Below, in pieces: positions 1 through 9,968 of a stretch of 64,000 nt of DNA. The position numbers and the translations under genes are program-made. Location: assembly GCA_004431415.1 (NCBI GenBank), contig QPMI01000520.1, positions 492,025 to 556,024 of the forward strand. The letters are read 5' to 3'. This DNA is from Cyanophora paradoxa CCMP329. Its lineage: Eukaryota > Plantae > Glaucophyta. Position 1 is the stretch's first letter; each line of letters starts with the position of its first letter. The notes below the pieces were generated by a model. That model was not told the origin of the DNA. It worked only from the letters and a program-made list of their open reading frames with translations, and ran no database searches.

Positions 1-1998
1 CTCAATAAATTCGTATTGATCCGCATCACTGATCTGTTCTATCGCGACCCTCGTATGCTTTAACATCGCGTCCCACGATAGTCCCGGTGCGCTCACATAA
101 TGCGTGGGATCCAGACCGTATTGCTCATGTGCGAGCATACTGAATTTACCGAATTTTACCATGAGATCATTAACATCGGACGCCTGAAAATCCATGAAAT
201 TCGAGGCGTCTATAAACTTGTAAAGTCCCCACTGTAAAGAGAGATACTCGTCGAAATTCTTACTTAGGATCTCGACCCGCAGCTTATCGTCTTGCTGTGC
301 GATTTTCCTGAATATAGCATGCCCGCACTCGTCCATCCGATCAATGACCACGGCTACTTTCGTTTGCTTTGAGATCCTCCTGTGTAAATTGCATTTTCGG
401 CAAGCTTTCCCTATATAATCGCCGCTTTGGTGACAGTGATCGCGCACAGGGAAGTTTTCGTGGGTAAACCGCTGATTGCATATATAGCAGTGCTTGGTGA
501 TTTTATAGGCTTGCTTTTGCGCCTCTGTGAGCGGAATCATAGGTGTATTGGTAAATAGGGTATTAAGCATCTCGCGGCACAGTTCCCCTAACGTGGTAAA
601 CATCTGTCCCAGCGGATCCACGCCCTCGAATTCGTGATTTTCAACATGAGAGCCCATAACAACATTAAGTGCCACCGACTTTACCTCTCGCTTGGTTCGA
701 TTTGGTTCATTAGGAACCGGCACCGACTCCATCTCTACCTTGCAGTAGCAGACAGTAGGAAGCCACACCATTTTCCTTAGGTGTTGCAGTCCGAAAGTAA
801 TAAAGCTTCCGGGCTCCGGGCATTTACCTTTACTCAGCCGCCAATCGATACAGCGATTAGAGTCGGTGTGGCTATCGAGTTTCTCCTGTGATCTAAACCG
901 GGACAAACAGGTTTCGCAGTAGAAAATGCGCCCGTCGTTTGCTTTATCAAAGGTGGTCTTTAAGAGGCGGCTCAGTGACATTATCGTAATATAGTGACCC
1001 TGTCCGTTTGCGTCCTCGATCAGCAGCAGGTTTACCTTCGATTTACGACGCGGATTACTTGACATGTGCAGTGGATAAAAGGTTTGGGTCGCATTGTCGG
1101 CGCCATATATATTAATTGACAGCTCGGGATTATTGTCCTCGAAACGATCTATTAATGCAGCATCGCAAGCCACCGGGAAATTAATGCCTGAGAAGTCCAG
1201 CTCAGTCATCCACCGCCTATATTGGAACGGATCATTACGTTTGTGTCTGTTTATGTCGTTTCTGTGCAGCCATGCGAGGATAGCGTAATTAAAGCAGTCG
1301 TGACCATCGATATTCTTAATATTTACTGTGGCTCGCTTTAATCCAATCCATTCGGGGGTCTCAATGTAGCAACCGCCCATCGGCGCATATGACAAAACGG
1401 CGACATGTAGCTTATCTAATTTACTGAGCCGGTAGCTGTCAACCTGTATCATCTGTTCATTCATTTGCTGAGCTACACCCACTAACTCAGTGAGAATATT
1501 GCGCGACCTTGTGATTACGAAATAATCGCTGTATATGTGTTTGGTGATAAAAACGTTAGGATCACTCACTTTTACGTATCGGCAGATGAAAGTAAGTCGC
1601 ACCTTAATAGCTTTCAGTTCATCCAGCCTTTCTTTCAGCCGCCCAGGCAGATTTGCAGCGATGGTAGTGAGAAATTCCACCGGATCTAAGATTATCTGTT
1701 CATCCGCCTTATAGCTATACCAGGCGTATGCTTTATTCATTGCAAAACCGTCTTCCTCATCGGGTTCTATGACGGCTAAGCGCCGCCCTTCGGTATAGAA
1801 GCGCTCCACATTTTCCAGGCGATTGTAGAGCTCGTCGGCAATATTCGCAAGGTTAGCTAAGCGGGGTTTTCGATCTAAGATCGCCGCCCTCCGATCGTAT
1901 TCGGCTTCGGTGATCTCCCCAGTGACTAAAAGACTACCTAACAAGCCTAATATTTCGTCCTTTTTCTCTTTTATAAGGCGATTAGTTTGGCGGGGCAT
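1..1998 (-). CDS. Polinton-type (protein-primed family) DNA polymerase B, N-terminal 666 codons, partial
   Basis: Manual translation from ATG 1998 is open to base 1. Motifs: GGCYIETPEWIGLKRATVNIKNIDGHDCFNYAILAWLH; FYCETCLSRF; EndoVII-like CYIC..VRDHCHQSGDYIGKACRKCN; FIDASNFM; YGLDPTHYVSAPGLSWDAMLK. Absent from the ORF track because its stop lies outside the window. Confidence 0.9.
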   Translation of the reverse strand, partial: MPRQTNRLIKEKKDEILGLLGSLLVTGEITEAEYDRRAAILDRKPRLANLANIADELYNRLENVERFYTEGRRLAVIEPDEEDGFAMNKAYAWYSYKADEQIILDPVEFLTTIAANLPGRLKERLDELKAIKVRLTFICRYVKVSDPNVFITKHIYSDYFVITRSRNILTELVGVAQQMNEQMIQVDSYRLSKLDKLHVAVLSYAPMGGCYIETPEWIGLKRATVNIKNIDGHDCFNYAILAWLHRNDINRHKRNDPFQYRRWMTELDFSGINFPVACDAALIDRFEDNNPELSINIYGADNATQTFYPLHMSSNPRRKSKVNLLLIEDANGQGHYITIMSLSRLLKTTFDKANDGRIFYCETCLSRFRSQEKLDSHTDSNRCIDWRLSKGKCPEPGSFITFGLQHLRKMVWLPTVCYCKVEMESVPVPNEPNRTKREVKSVALNVVMGSHVENHEFEGVDPLGQMFTTLGELCREMLNTLFTNTPMIPLTEAQKQAYKITKHCYICNQRFTHENFPVRDHCHQSGDYIGKACRKCNLHRRISKQTKVAVVIDRMDECGHAIFRKIAQQDDKLRVEILSKNFDEYLSLQWGLYKFIDASNFMDFQASDVNDLMVKFGKFSMLAHEQYGLDPTHYVSAPGLSWDAMLKHTRVAIEQISDADQYEFIE

Positions 1999-2128
1999 CT
2001 TTTACTCTAAGGGAACATTTTAATTTCGGGAAAGGACGCGTTCAAAAAATGTGGAAACATATTTAAGGACATCTCAAAAAATGACACGGAGGAAAACATT
2101 TTATGTGTATCAGATATAGAGAAACACA

Positions 2129-2623
2129 ATGAATACCCAAGAGATAATAGAATATTGTAAGACACTTACAAATATTCCCGTAACAGAAGCAACAAAAGAA
2201 TGCACAGACAAGAACTATCTCAAATGGGAAAAGAAGAATGCCCGTAAGAAGGTAATCTTTGTTATATCACAAACGCGTAAACATCAGGACATGTTTTTAC
2301 ATCTTAATATGGCTTCCCAGTTTTACCATCCTCGTAGGCAGCACATATGCGCATTGGTTTACAAAGGATATAAAATGTTAATACCACTTGACATTACGAA
2401 AGAGAAATGCATTGAGGTAATACAAAATGTTATATCGGGCTTTTCTAAAAAACAAGATGGGGAAGTTAAGTGTGTGATTTGTTTAGAGGTTATAGAAACG
2501 GAAGATTTAGCTTGTGTGCAGTGCAATAGTTCTGTGTGTGAATCTTGTATATCCGAAATGACTTATAAACAACGTTTTTCCTGTCCAGTTTGTCGTATTG
2601 AGAGTTTGCAACAATACCATTAA
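2129..2623 (+). CDS. RING-finger protein (putative E3 ligase)
   Basis: C-terminal CVIC-x9-CVQC-x4-CESC-x11-CPVCR; intact 164-aa ORF. Confidence 0.75.
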   Translation: MNTQEIIEYCKTLTNIPVTEATKECTDKNYLKWEKKNARKKVIFVISQTRKHQDMFLHLNMASQFYHPRRQHICALVYKGYKMLIPLDITKEKCIEVIQNVISGFSKKQDGEVKCVICLEVIETEDLACVQCNSSVCESCISEMTYKQRFSCPVCRIESLQQYH

Positions 2624-2633
2624 TTGCAAGTGC

Positions 2634-2870
2634 CTAAGTTAGCTTTGTGACACTTCTTACCGTTAGTCTTACGTTTTCGGGCAGCTCTATTGTCAGTTGC
2701 ATAGTGTCAGATTTGATAACATGGGTTTTTGTCTTTTTACCACGGCAATTCGGGTAGTAACCGAATATTCGCCTGAAAAGATCCTGTGTGGCTTCAATAT
2801 CCATGGTCGCGGTTTGAGTGATCTCGTCCGCAGTCAGGGCGTGCGTATAGGTAGGTCTGATAGCGGTCAT
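2634..2870 (-). CDS. Hypothetical viral protein
   Basis: Short ORF from ATG 2870 (MTAIRPTY...), convergent with and tightly packed against the RING gene. Confidence 0.4.
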   Translation of the reverse strand: MTAIRPTYTHALTADEITQTATMDIEATQDLFRRIFGYYPNCRGKKTKTHVIKSDTMQLTIELPENVRLTVRSVTKLT

Positions 2871-2954
2871 TGTGTTGTCAGTATATACAATCAAAGGAAG
2901 GCTTATATACCTTAATCATATTTTGAGAATGGCACGATATACAGTATACAAAAT

Positions 2955-3225
2955 AATAAACTACTTAATTAATATAATAAACTACATGAAACTACTTGAC
3001 TTTCCTTGCAAAACTACGCAACTTGAAACCAAAACTACGCACTTAATACCAAAACTACGCAACTACGCAACTTTTGCGCTTTTCAGAATTTTTGCCGCCC
3101 CGACCTTCAAACCTTTTGCAGAAAGTTGCGTAGTTGCGTAGTTTTGGTATTAAATGCGTAGTTTCCAGTATTAAATTGCGTAGCTTCGCTATGTAGTTGC
3201 GTAGTTACTAAAAAATGATGTAGTT
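2955..3225. repeat. Iteron palindrome, copy 1 (AACTACGC / GCGTAGTT)
   Basis: Perfect 31-bp inverted repeat TAATACCAAAACTACGCAACTACGCAACTTT (~3044-3074) / 3122-3152 around a ~48-bp spacer, with extra AACTAC units to the left and GTAGTT units to the right. Confidence 0.92.
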
Positions 3226-3245
3226 ATTAATTGTTTCCGTGTCGC

Positions 3246-5660
3246 TTATGCTTCAATATCGTCCTCATCTTCGTCTTCGAACTGTGTCTTGGCGATCTTA
3301 GTGAGCCCCTTATAAACTCGCTTCGACTTCCCTTTAATTGTAGTCACAGTCGATTCAATCTTGAATGTTTCGAGCACTTTGTTACTGATAGTGCGAGTGG
3401 TAACCTTTGTCTTGATATCGTAGCTTCGCATCATTTCCGCGCAAGCTTTGAATACCTCATCGCAGGCAACATGGGCGCCCTTCTCATCTGATGGTTTGTA
3501 GTTTTCGCGCAGATAGGAACCCAGCTTATCGCTGTCGTCGAGGTATTTGGCGCTATGCTCGATGACAGATTGCGGCGGGTTTTGCAGGATCTCTTTAACT
3601 TTGCCAGTAGCGAGCATATCGATGAGAATCTGAATATTTGCCCGCTTGTATTCATTTTTCTCGTCGCCCTCAAACATTTCCATGAGGGTTTCGTCCGCTT
3701 TCTTCTCTCCGGCTTTGGGATTAGGTGAGTAAACAGAGCGGAATGGGATCGATCGGAACCGACGCTTAATAGCTTTGTCGGGCTTTTCGATTTCCAGATT
3801 ATTGTTGCACAGGATCACCATAGTAAACCGAGGCTTGAAATCAATAGGATCCTTGAAAAGTCCTCGGGCTGTGCAGAGCTCGCCACCTGTCAGTGTCTTC
3901 ATCATACCGCATAGAAGCTTGTCGCCATCATTAGGTTCGTTTGCATGGGTGAGCCGGACACCTTGCTTATTAGCAAGCTCGGGAATCGGGCTATTTGCTT
4001 TGTGGACTTGTGTGAGCAAAGTAATGCTAATCGGGCGACCATAATCGCCGAATGTCTCTTGCATAAACGTTTCAATCACACTCTTTCCATTAGCACCGAC
4101 GCCTGTGAACAGATAGAACGTTTGCAGGTCGGTTTTACCTGTGAGTGCATATGCATAGAGGCTGATCAGGTAATTGTAGAGTTCCATATCTCCGCCACAG
4201 ATATCCAAATAAATGTCTTTCAGTCTTTTAACCTTCTCCTGATCCACTTCCTCGCTATAATCAAAGCCGACAGTCTTGCTCACCATATCTTCCATCGTCC
4301 CCTTGCGGAAAGTCATATTATTTAGATCAAACACGCCATTGGTAAACCCCACAATATTGGGAACTGTGTCCAGAGTCGCCATAAAGTCATCGTCTTGCAG
4401 CTGTGTGATAATATGCGGTTCCAGCGACTTTTGATACGGTGTATTCTGAATCCTCTTGTGAATTGCCAGCAACATGTTGGCGCTCTTCTCAGCTTTTTCC
4501 TTCACAAGATCATCTCCACTTGCCCTGAGAGCATTGGAAAGATGATAGCCCGCCCTCTTAGAGAACCACTGTGCCACATGCTCGGGGATCTTAGAAAGTA
4601 ACGACTTCTCCGTTTTATCATATTTCCAGATACCATTTTTGGGGTTAAGGTTAAACCAGACCTTATTTGAATATTTCGTGGTCGCTTTCAGGATCTTGGC
4701 GCAGATAATTGCAACAGGATAATGGGCACCTTCAACTGAAACGGTCTTGTCAATGAGAGTATTAATTTCTAAATGGTGCTTCTCTTCCTCAGTCAGCTCT
4801 ATGTTAACAGAGAACTCTTTCGGCTCGCAGTTCTCGCTATAACTTTTCACAATATACTCATTATAATTGCCATCTCGCTTTTTCTTCACCCACCAGTTAT
4901 TGGAATCGTGGGATTCATCGCAGCAGGGACACAGGAACCCCTTGTTAGCCGAATTAAAGTCAAAGCCCTCATCGCGGCGTGCATAGATGTTTGGGAATAG
5001 GAACCCCATGCCACACAGTCCGGCAATAATAGCGGCTTCGGTATTATCCTTGCTCGAATTTCCCGCTTTCGGCTGTGGATTATTGGCATGCTTGTAATCG
5101 TAGTTCTCGATAATCCATTTACGGAAAGCGTCAGAGGGCTCATTGAACTTGCACGACGGTGCCCACGGCTTAATTACCCAGGTCTTGTTAGGGCTCGGGC
5201 ATACATTGAGAAGTCCCGCAGTGCCAGTGCCAGTGATGGTTTTGAGGTCGACCTTCTTGTATCCCTTAAAAGCCGGCGCGCTATCTGTGATTTTCAGCTT
5301 ATCAAACTCATCAGGGCGTCGAAAGAATACATGGTAGCCCTTTCGAGTCTTTTCGAGCGGCTGATGGGCATCGAAATCACCGGGAAACATCTCAACGAAT
5401 TTCTGATACGTTTCCTCATCGTCGAAATCAACGACCATCATCGAATTCGACAGCAGAATGCCCCAATTAGTGAACTCGTTGGAAGCAAAGGCTTCGTCGT
5501 ATCTTCCCCAGTTCCAAACACCGCCTTTATGGGTGTAGGCGGGCTTTTTAACCTCGTCTTTCATGGGAATAATCGTGTTTTTCGACAAGGTCTCATCGCC
5601 ACGCAGCCAATCAGCGAGCTCTTGGAGTAAAGTCTTTTGTTTCAACGTCATCTTCGCCAT
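3246..5660 (-). CDS. Primase-polymerase (prim-pol/AEP) fused to D5-like SF3 helicase
   Basis: N-terminal WGILL..MMVVDFDD and KTRKGYHVFF (prim-pol); CPCC..H Zn-binding segment; IVGFTNGVFDL (D5 N-terminal); Walker A GVGANGKS; Walker B-like HANEP; KTLTGGE..ARGLF; motif C ILCNN. Confidence 0.93.
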   Translation of the reverse strand: MAKMTLKQKTLLQELADWLRGDETLSKNTIIPMKDEVKKPAYTHKGGVWNWGRYDEAFASNEFTNWGILLSNSMMVVDFDDEETYQKFVEMFPGDFDAHQPLEKTRKGYHVFFRRPDEFDKLKITDSAPAFKGYKKVDLKTITGTGTAGLLNVCPSPNKTWVIKPWAPSCKFNEPSDAFRKWIIENYDYKHANNPQPKAGNSSKDNTEAAIIAGLCGMGFLFPNIYARRDEGFDFNSANKGFLCPCCDESHDSNNWWVKKKRDGNYNEYIVKSYSENCEPKEFSVNIELTEEEKHHLEINTLIDKTVSVEGAHYPVAIICAKILKATTKYSNKVWFNLNPKNGIWKYDKTEKSLLSKIPEHVAQWFSKRAGYHLSNALRASGDDLVKEKAEKSANMLLAIHKRIQNTPYQKSLEPHIITQLQDDDFMATLDTVPNIVGFTNGVFDLNNMTFRKGTMEDMVSKTVGFDYSEEVDQEKVKRLKDIYLDICGGDMELYNYLISLYAYALTGKTDLQTFYLFTGVGANGKSVIETFMQETFGDYGRPISITLLTQVHKANSPIPELANKQGVRLTHANEPNDGDKLLCGMMKTLTGGELCTARGLFKDPIDFKPRFTMVILCNNNLEIEKPDKAIKRRFRSIPFRSVYSPNPKAGEKKADETLMEMFEGDEKNEYKRANIQILIDMLATGKVKEILQNPPQSVIEHSAKYLDDSDKLGSYLRENYKPSDEKGAHVACDEVFKACAEMMRSYDIKTKVTTRTISNKVLETFKIESTVTTIKGKSKRVYKGLTKIAKTQFEDEDEDDIEA

Positions 5661-5842
5661 TTTCGATGTCTTTCTACCTTAATGCAAGAAATTAATTTTT
5701 CTTAGGCTGATCAAATTTTGGCGAGTTGTCTTTAAATGCCCTACAAATTTTTTCCCGATGACTAAAACCGATTAGGGAGCTTGCCGATATGCATCGGAAA
5801 GCCGCTTGAAAAATAAGGAATGGATTCAGCGGCGGATTGCGT

Positions 5843-6064
5843 TTAATACTTGCGGGGTCGCCCGCGGTTTCCACTATGGATGCCCTCTTCTTGCTTGCGA
5901 CGGTAGTAATATTCTAGCGCCTTTTTCTTTTTTAATTCGCGATATTCGGGATCGTCGTTATAGCGCATCCGCTGTTTATATATATCCCTGACACGCCAGC
6001 CCGCCTTATCGAGATCTACCGGGTTCCCGTTCTTATCATACACAGTCATAGCATGCGTCTCCAT
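5843..6064 (-). CDS. Small basic putative DNA-binding protein
   Basis: 73 aa, K/R-rich, ends in AT-hook-like RGRPRKY; upstream TTTCTCAG motif. Confidence 0.6.
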   Translation of the reverse strand: METHAMTVYDKNGNPVDLDKAGWRVRDIYKQRMRYNDDPEYRELKKKKALEYYYRRKQEEGIHSGNRGRPRKY

Positions 6065-6280
6065 TGGTTTACCTTACTTTAAGCTGAGAAAATATTTTTA
6101 TCAGTGGTCTTTGCTATTTCTTCTTTAAATCATTTTCTGAGCTGTCATTTTTGTGACCGAAGCGAGCTCTTCTCTACGTTTTTTAATAGCGGCTTCCAGT
6201 GCATTTTGCGCGCGTTTCCTGTATAGGATCGCGTAGAGATCAGGGTCGGGCATTCGATACTATTTACCGCGAAAATTGTT

Positions 6281-6628
6281 TCAGCGATCGTATTCGCCCA
6301 AATAAAGCGGATTAATTGGCGGATATGGCGAATCAACGCGAATATGACCTTCTACGAAATTAGGGCACGACCGGCGTCTTATATAGGATACTTGCACGTC
6401 TTCTATTGCTACCTGTGGGATTATATTGGAGTCAGCGGGCACAGGCGAGGGCGATCGAGATCGGGGACGATCGTGATTATCGCTGTGGTTGGAATATACA
6501 GATAATCGCCTTCCTCCATTATCCTCGTCCGAAATGTCAACCTCTACGGTTGTGTCGCAGCAGGAGTTGTGGCACGTGCTTGTGAAATGCAGGTGAAACA
6601 TCTCAATGCATTGCGTGATGAAATTCAT
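6281..6628 (-). CDS. Hypothetical viral protein
   Basis: 115-aa ATG-started ORF with Cys/His-rich start and RSRSPSP segment; no recognised domain. Confidence 0.4.
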   Translation of the reverse strand: MNFITQCIEMFHLHFTSTCHNSCCDTTVEVDISDEDNGGRRLSVYSNHSDNHDRPRSRSPSPVPADSNIIPQVAIEDVQVSYIRRRSCPNFVEGHIRVDSPYPPINPLYLGEYDR

Positions 6629-6857
6629 AGATCCTAATATTGCACAACGTATTAAATATTGGAGAAAAGAAAAGGGAATGAGGGTGTTACTTGCTCGTGT
6701 GTTCCCATACGAATTAGTCGACCTTATAATGGTGTTTGTGGAGCCGACCTGTCCCTATTGCAAGGGAATTCATATTAAGACCCGCTCTAAATACGGGCGG
6801 ATTCATTTATGTTTGAACGACTTGCACATTAGAAGCGACGACGCCCACCAAACATAG
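6606..6857 (+). CDS. Small putative zinc-ribbon protein
   Basis: CPYCKG...HLC motif; real start may be ATG 6678; overlaps its neighbours slightly. Confidence 0.35.
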   Translation: MHCVMKFIDPNIAQRIKYWRKEKGMRVLLARVFPYELVDLIMVFVEPTCPYCKGIHIKTRSKYGRIHLCLNDLHIRSDDAHQT

Positions 6858-7500
6858 ATGACAGATTGGCACCCGGCTGTGCATGCACACCCGATGGGTT
6901 AACGAAACCGCCCGGCTTTGGTGCATTTTCAGCTATGACTGTCTCTTTTTTCTCGACTGTCTGAATATCGGGAACAGTTGCCCGCTTCTTTTCCATTTCC
7001 ACTCGAACAGCCTGTTTAATCAGCTTGCGCTGTTTGTAGTCCTTGGTAAAATCATCAAAGGCTCTCACAGTAGTGTCGTAGGTAGCCAGTCGCGCTTCCA
7101 GCACCCTAAACTTCTCCTCTAATTCCTGACCGACTTTCTCGCCCTTGGTCACATAGACAGATGCCCGCTTTTTAGGGGCTTCCATCGATGCAGGTAAAGC
7201 GGCTGTTGCTTCGGCTTTTACCACCTTATTATCGGTTAGCTTTTCGCCTGTGAGCTGTGATTCGGCGAGGGATTGATCCGCCAGCTTTCTATCAGTGGAA
7301 TCGACCGGCTCCCGCTTAGCATCCGCCTTTTGAGCACGCTCTGAAACCTTTGTATTCGGGTCAATCAGATCGAAATCTATTTGGTCAGAAGCGGCAGCAC
7401 CGCCAGTGCGACCAGCATCCTCCGCAGGATTAATCTTGCCAGCGACAACAGCGCTTTGATCTTCCATTTGGATCGCTTTCCGCGAGTTCTTGGGTGGCAT
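6829..7500 (-). CDS. Hypothetical virion/core protein with coiled coil
   Basis: Intact 223-aa ORF directly downstream of the ATPase; charged, helical middle; ends MFGGRRRF. Confidence 0.65.
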   Translation of the reverse strand: MPPKNSRKAIQMEDQSAVVAGKINPAEDAGRTGGAAASDQIDFDLIDPNTKVSERAQKADAKREPVDSTDRKLADQSLAESQLTGEKLTDNKVVKAEATAALPASMEAPKKRASVYVTKGEKVGQELEEKFRVLEARLATYDTTVRAFDDFTKDYKQRKLIKQAVRVEMEKKRATVPDIQTVEKKETVIAENAPKPGGFVNPSGVHAQPGANLSSMFGGRRRF

Positions 7501-7523
7501 TTATCATTATGCGAGAAATTTAT

Positions 7524-8435
7524 TCAAAATTTACCCAATTTCTTTGCAAATTTTGGGCGGCGCTTTTCTTGGTATGCCAGCAATAGATTGGGGTCTTTAA
7601 GTAGGTCGGCTTCTATTATTCTTTTGGTGGATCGCTTTAAAGTGGCGACGTTTCCACTCACAGGTTTCGTAATATCGGTGGTTTGGGGTTGGTCGCCATT
7701 TACCGCGCCCGACGTCGGTTTTACCGGCTGTTTACCAGCGGTCTTTATGTCGTCCGCCGCTTTTTTAAAGAAGCGCTTGAATTTATATTCGTCGGGCACC
7801 GGATCAGCCTTGCCAACAGAGAATTCCAGGCTATATTTCGCATTGTTTACCACGATCACCTGATAGCTGTGACTGTATTCGGTCATCACCTTCTCGAACC
7901 ACCGCTTTTCGTATGGATTAAACTCGTCCTCGGCGCTCTCCATCTCCTTTCTATTCGGCAATGAGAACAGGAATATATATTCGGCGTTTACTCTGAGTGT
8001 CGGCGAGATCTTCGTGAGTTTCTGTGACAGAATCCAGACGCTCACAAACAGATGGCGTCCAGCAGTGAAAAGACGATTTAATATAGGCTCACCCTTTCCT
8101 GACATCGATAGACTCGGATTATCAATAAAATCGTCCAGCACAATTAACAGGTTACCGACTTTCTCATTTTTCTTGATCCTCTCCTTGCGTTTCTCTATTA
8201 TATTGTCGATCAGCTTATGGTCGAAATCCTCATACAGATACGATGTGACATTATCATATTGATGATTCCAGATCGTGGAGGCGAATATCATCACCGAATC
8301 TATCTTGTCCTCGTTGTGGTAAAGCAGGTATTTCAAAAACACTGACTTCCCAGTTGCTGTTTTGCCCACAAAAACGGCGCGATTCGGAAATTCCAGGCTT
8401 CCCGGGTCAAACTCACTCAGATCTTGTATATCCAT
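7524..8435 (-). CDS. A32/FtsK-HerA family genome-packaging ATPase
   Basis: Walker A VGKTATGKS, Walker B LLIVLDD, arginine-finger GRH, ILSQ and LRVNAEYIFLF. ATG at 8435 preferred over the track's 8483. Confidence 0.93.
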   Translation of the reverse strand: MDIQDLSEFDPGSLEFPNRAVFVGKTATGKSVFLKYLLYHNEDKIDSVMIFASTIWNHQYDNVTSYLYEDFDHKLIDNIIEKRKERIKKNEKVGNLLIVLDDFIDNPSLSMSGKGEPILNRLFTAGRHLFVSVWILSQKLTKISPTLRVNAEYIFLFSLPNRKEMESAEDEFNPYEKRWFEKVMTEYSHSYQVIVVNNAKYSLEFSVGKADPVPDEYKFKRFFKKAADDIKTAGKQPVKPTSGAVNGDQPQTTDITKPVSGNVATLKRSTKRIIEADLLKDPNLLLAYQEKRRPKFAKKLGKF

Positions 8436-8486
8436 TTCCCTTATAAGAAACATATAAAAATTACGAAACGCGACAGCCCTCATTCC

Positions 8487-9935
8487 TCAGGCGCTAATTC
8501 TACTGAGACCGTTGGCATTCATTACAAGGATATTGTGGCAATAAGCCGAGATCTGAACACCGACCTTTGTCCAGGTGGCGAGGGGTGTGCCATTGGGTGT
8601 GAGGATTAGGAAGCTCGACGCTGATTGCGTTAGATCGACGTAGCCAGTCGCCTTCTCACCTTTGAGCGCCGCTTTACCATCGAGAGCAAAGCAGAAGCCA
8701 GTGTAAATGGGGCGCTTGTTGCTATCGATCCAGTTAGTCATCTTGAATTTATCGGCGAGCTCCATAGCCGCAGATTGCAGCGGGACACCAGTGTTAGAAT
8801 ATAGGTAATTGTTGTTATTCAGAACTTGCATCACGACATTATCATCGAAGGCAAGGGTGCGGACAGTAGAGTGCCCTCCTTTATTATCGCCGAGTGTGTT
8901 TTCGTCGCGAACCTTGACAACAAGTGCATAAACAAGTCCCGAAATTTGAGATAGTGACAGGCGGAGACCAGAGCCGAGAGCAAGACCGGTATAATCCGCA
9001 AACTGAATATCAGTGTAGGGGATGGCGATGCCAGAGGTCTTAACACGAGTAATGATTTCGCCCATCGTTTCCTCATCGATGTTAACAGCATCCATAATAA
9101 TACGAGGGGTCGTCATTTCCAGATTCGCAAGAGCAGGTGTAGGTGTGAGAGCCGCACTATCGAAAATCGCAGTGGCATTAGGGTGAGCTAAGGTCTTAAT
9201 ATTTCCGAAAGCAGCCGCAACAGCAAGCGTCGTCTCGCCATCAGTAGAATTGGCAGCAGTAATTGCAGTCGTGTTATTCTGAGCGTAAACGCCAGGAACC
9301 GCCGCAGTTTCGAGCAGCGCAGGGGTTTGGAAATATACTTCGACCGCGATTTCGGATGGGAGCGCACCGATGGGCACGCCAGCATCGAGGAAGCTCGGAA
9401 TTCGCATGGTAAAAATGCCGCCAGCTTGGTTGCCGCCCTCTACCTTCGGTCCGAGATGCAGCCCATGCTTGCGCTTCTTTTGGTCGAATTCAGCCGGAGT
9501 GTTAGCGAGGAAAGCGTAATCTACCAGGCGCTCAGCCGGAATAATTTGCTCATACGACCCGTATTTAATGCTGACTCGCTGAACAAACGAGCCAGGAAGC
9601 CCGCGGACGAATCCAGTATTGAATAGATCAGCCGAGCAGTCAGCAGAGGTCTTGGCGATGGCAGTCAGCGCCTTCGCCGACGGGATGGTAACTTGGAGGC
9701 TAATACCATTGCACCAATTGTAGCGAGGGAGATAGAAGACCACACGAGTGGTAGCACCAGTAGAGGAGAACAGATTGCCGGGATCCGCAATTGGGAGCAC
9801 CTCAACACGAGAAGGCTTGAATTGTTTATCAACGCCCACAATAAATCCGCGATCCAAAAGCATGCTCTTGTAATCCTCCGGGGTTTCGAGGACGGATTTG
9901 AGCGTGAGGCGGCTAAGCGAGGTCGTGGGATCCAT
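8487..9935 (-). CDS. Probable double-jelly-roll major capsid protein
   Basis: 482 aa, beta-strand-rich pattern (VVFYLP..ISLQVTIP..FVQRVSIKYG), located between the ATPase and penton genes. Assigned by size, synteny and pattern only. Confidence 0.75.
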   Translation of the reverse strand: MDPTTSLSRLTLKSVLETPEDYKSMLLDRGFIVGVDKQFKPSRVEVLPIADPGNLFSSTGATTRVVFYLPRYNWCNGISLQVTIPSAKALTAIAKTSADCSADLFNTGFVRGLPGSFVQRVSIKYGSYEQIIPAERLVDYAFLANTPAEFDQKKRKHGLHLGPKVEGGNQAGGIFTMRIPSFLDAGVPIGALPSEIAVEVYFQTPALLETAAVPGVYAQNNTTAITAANSTDGETTLAVAAAFGNIKTLAHPNATAIFDSAALTPTPALANLEMTTPRIIMDAVNIDEETMGEIITRVKTSGIAIPYTDIQFADYTGLALGSGLRLSLSQISGLVYALVVKVRDENTLGDNKGGHSTVRTLAFDDNVVMQVLNNNNYLYSNTGVPLQSAAMELADKFKMTNWIDSNKRPIYTGFCFALDGKAALKGEKATGYVDLTQSASSFLILTPNGTPLATWTKVGVQISAYCHNILVMNANGLSRISA

Positions 9936-9968
9936 ATTTCGTTTTTATCTTCCGCTGAGAAATTTATT

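Noticed and set aside
2955-3225. CRISPR array or telomeric repeat interpretation of the AACTACGC repeats
   Set aside because: Units are 6-8 bp, irregularly spaced and mirror-symmetric, with no unique spacers or cas genes, and they are not a uniform tandem tract.
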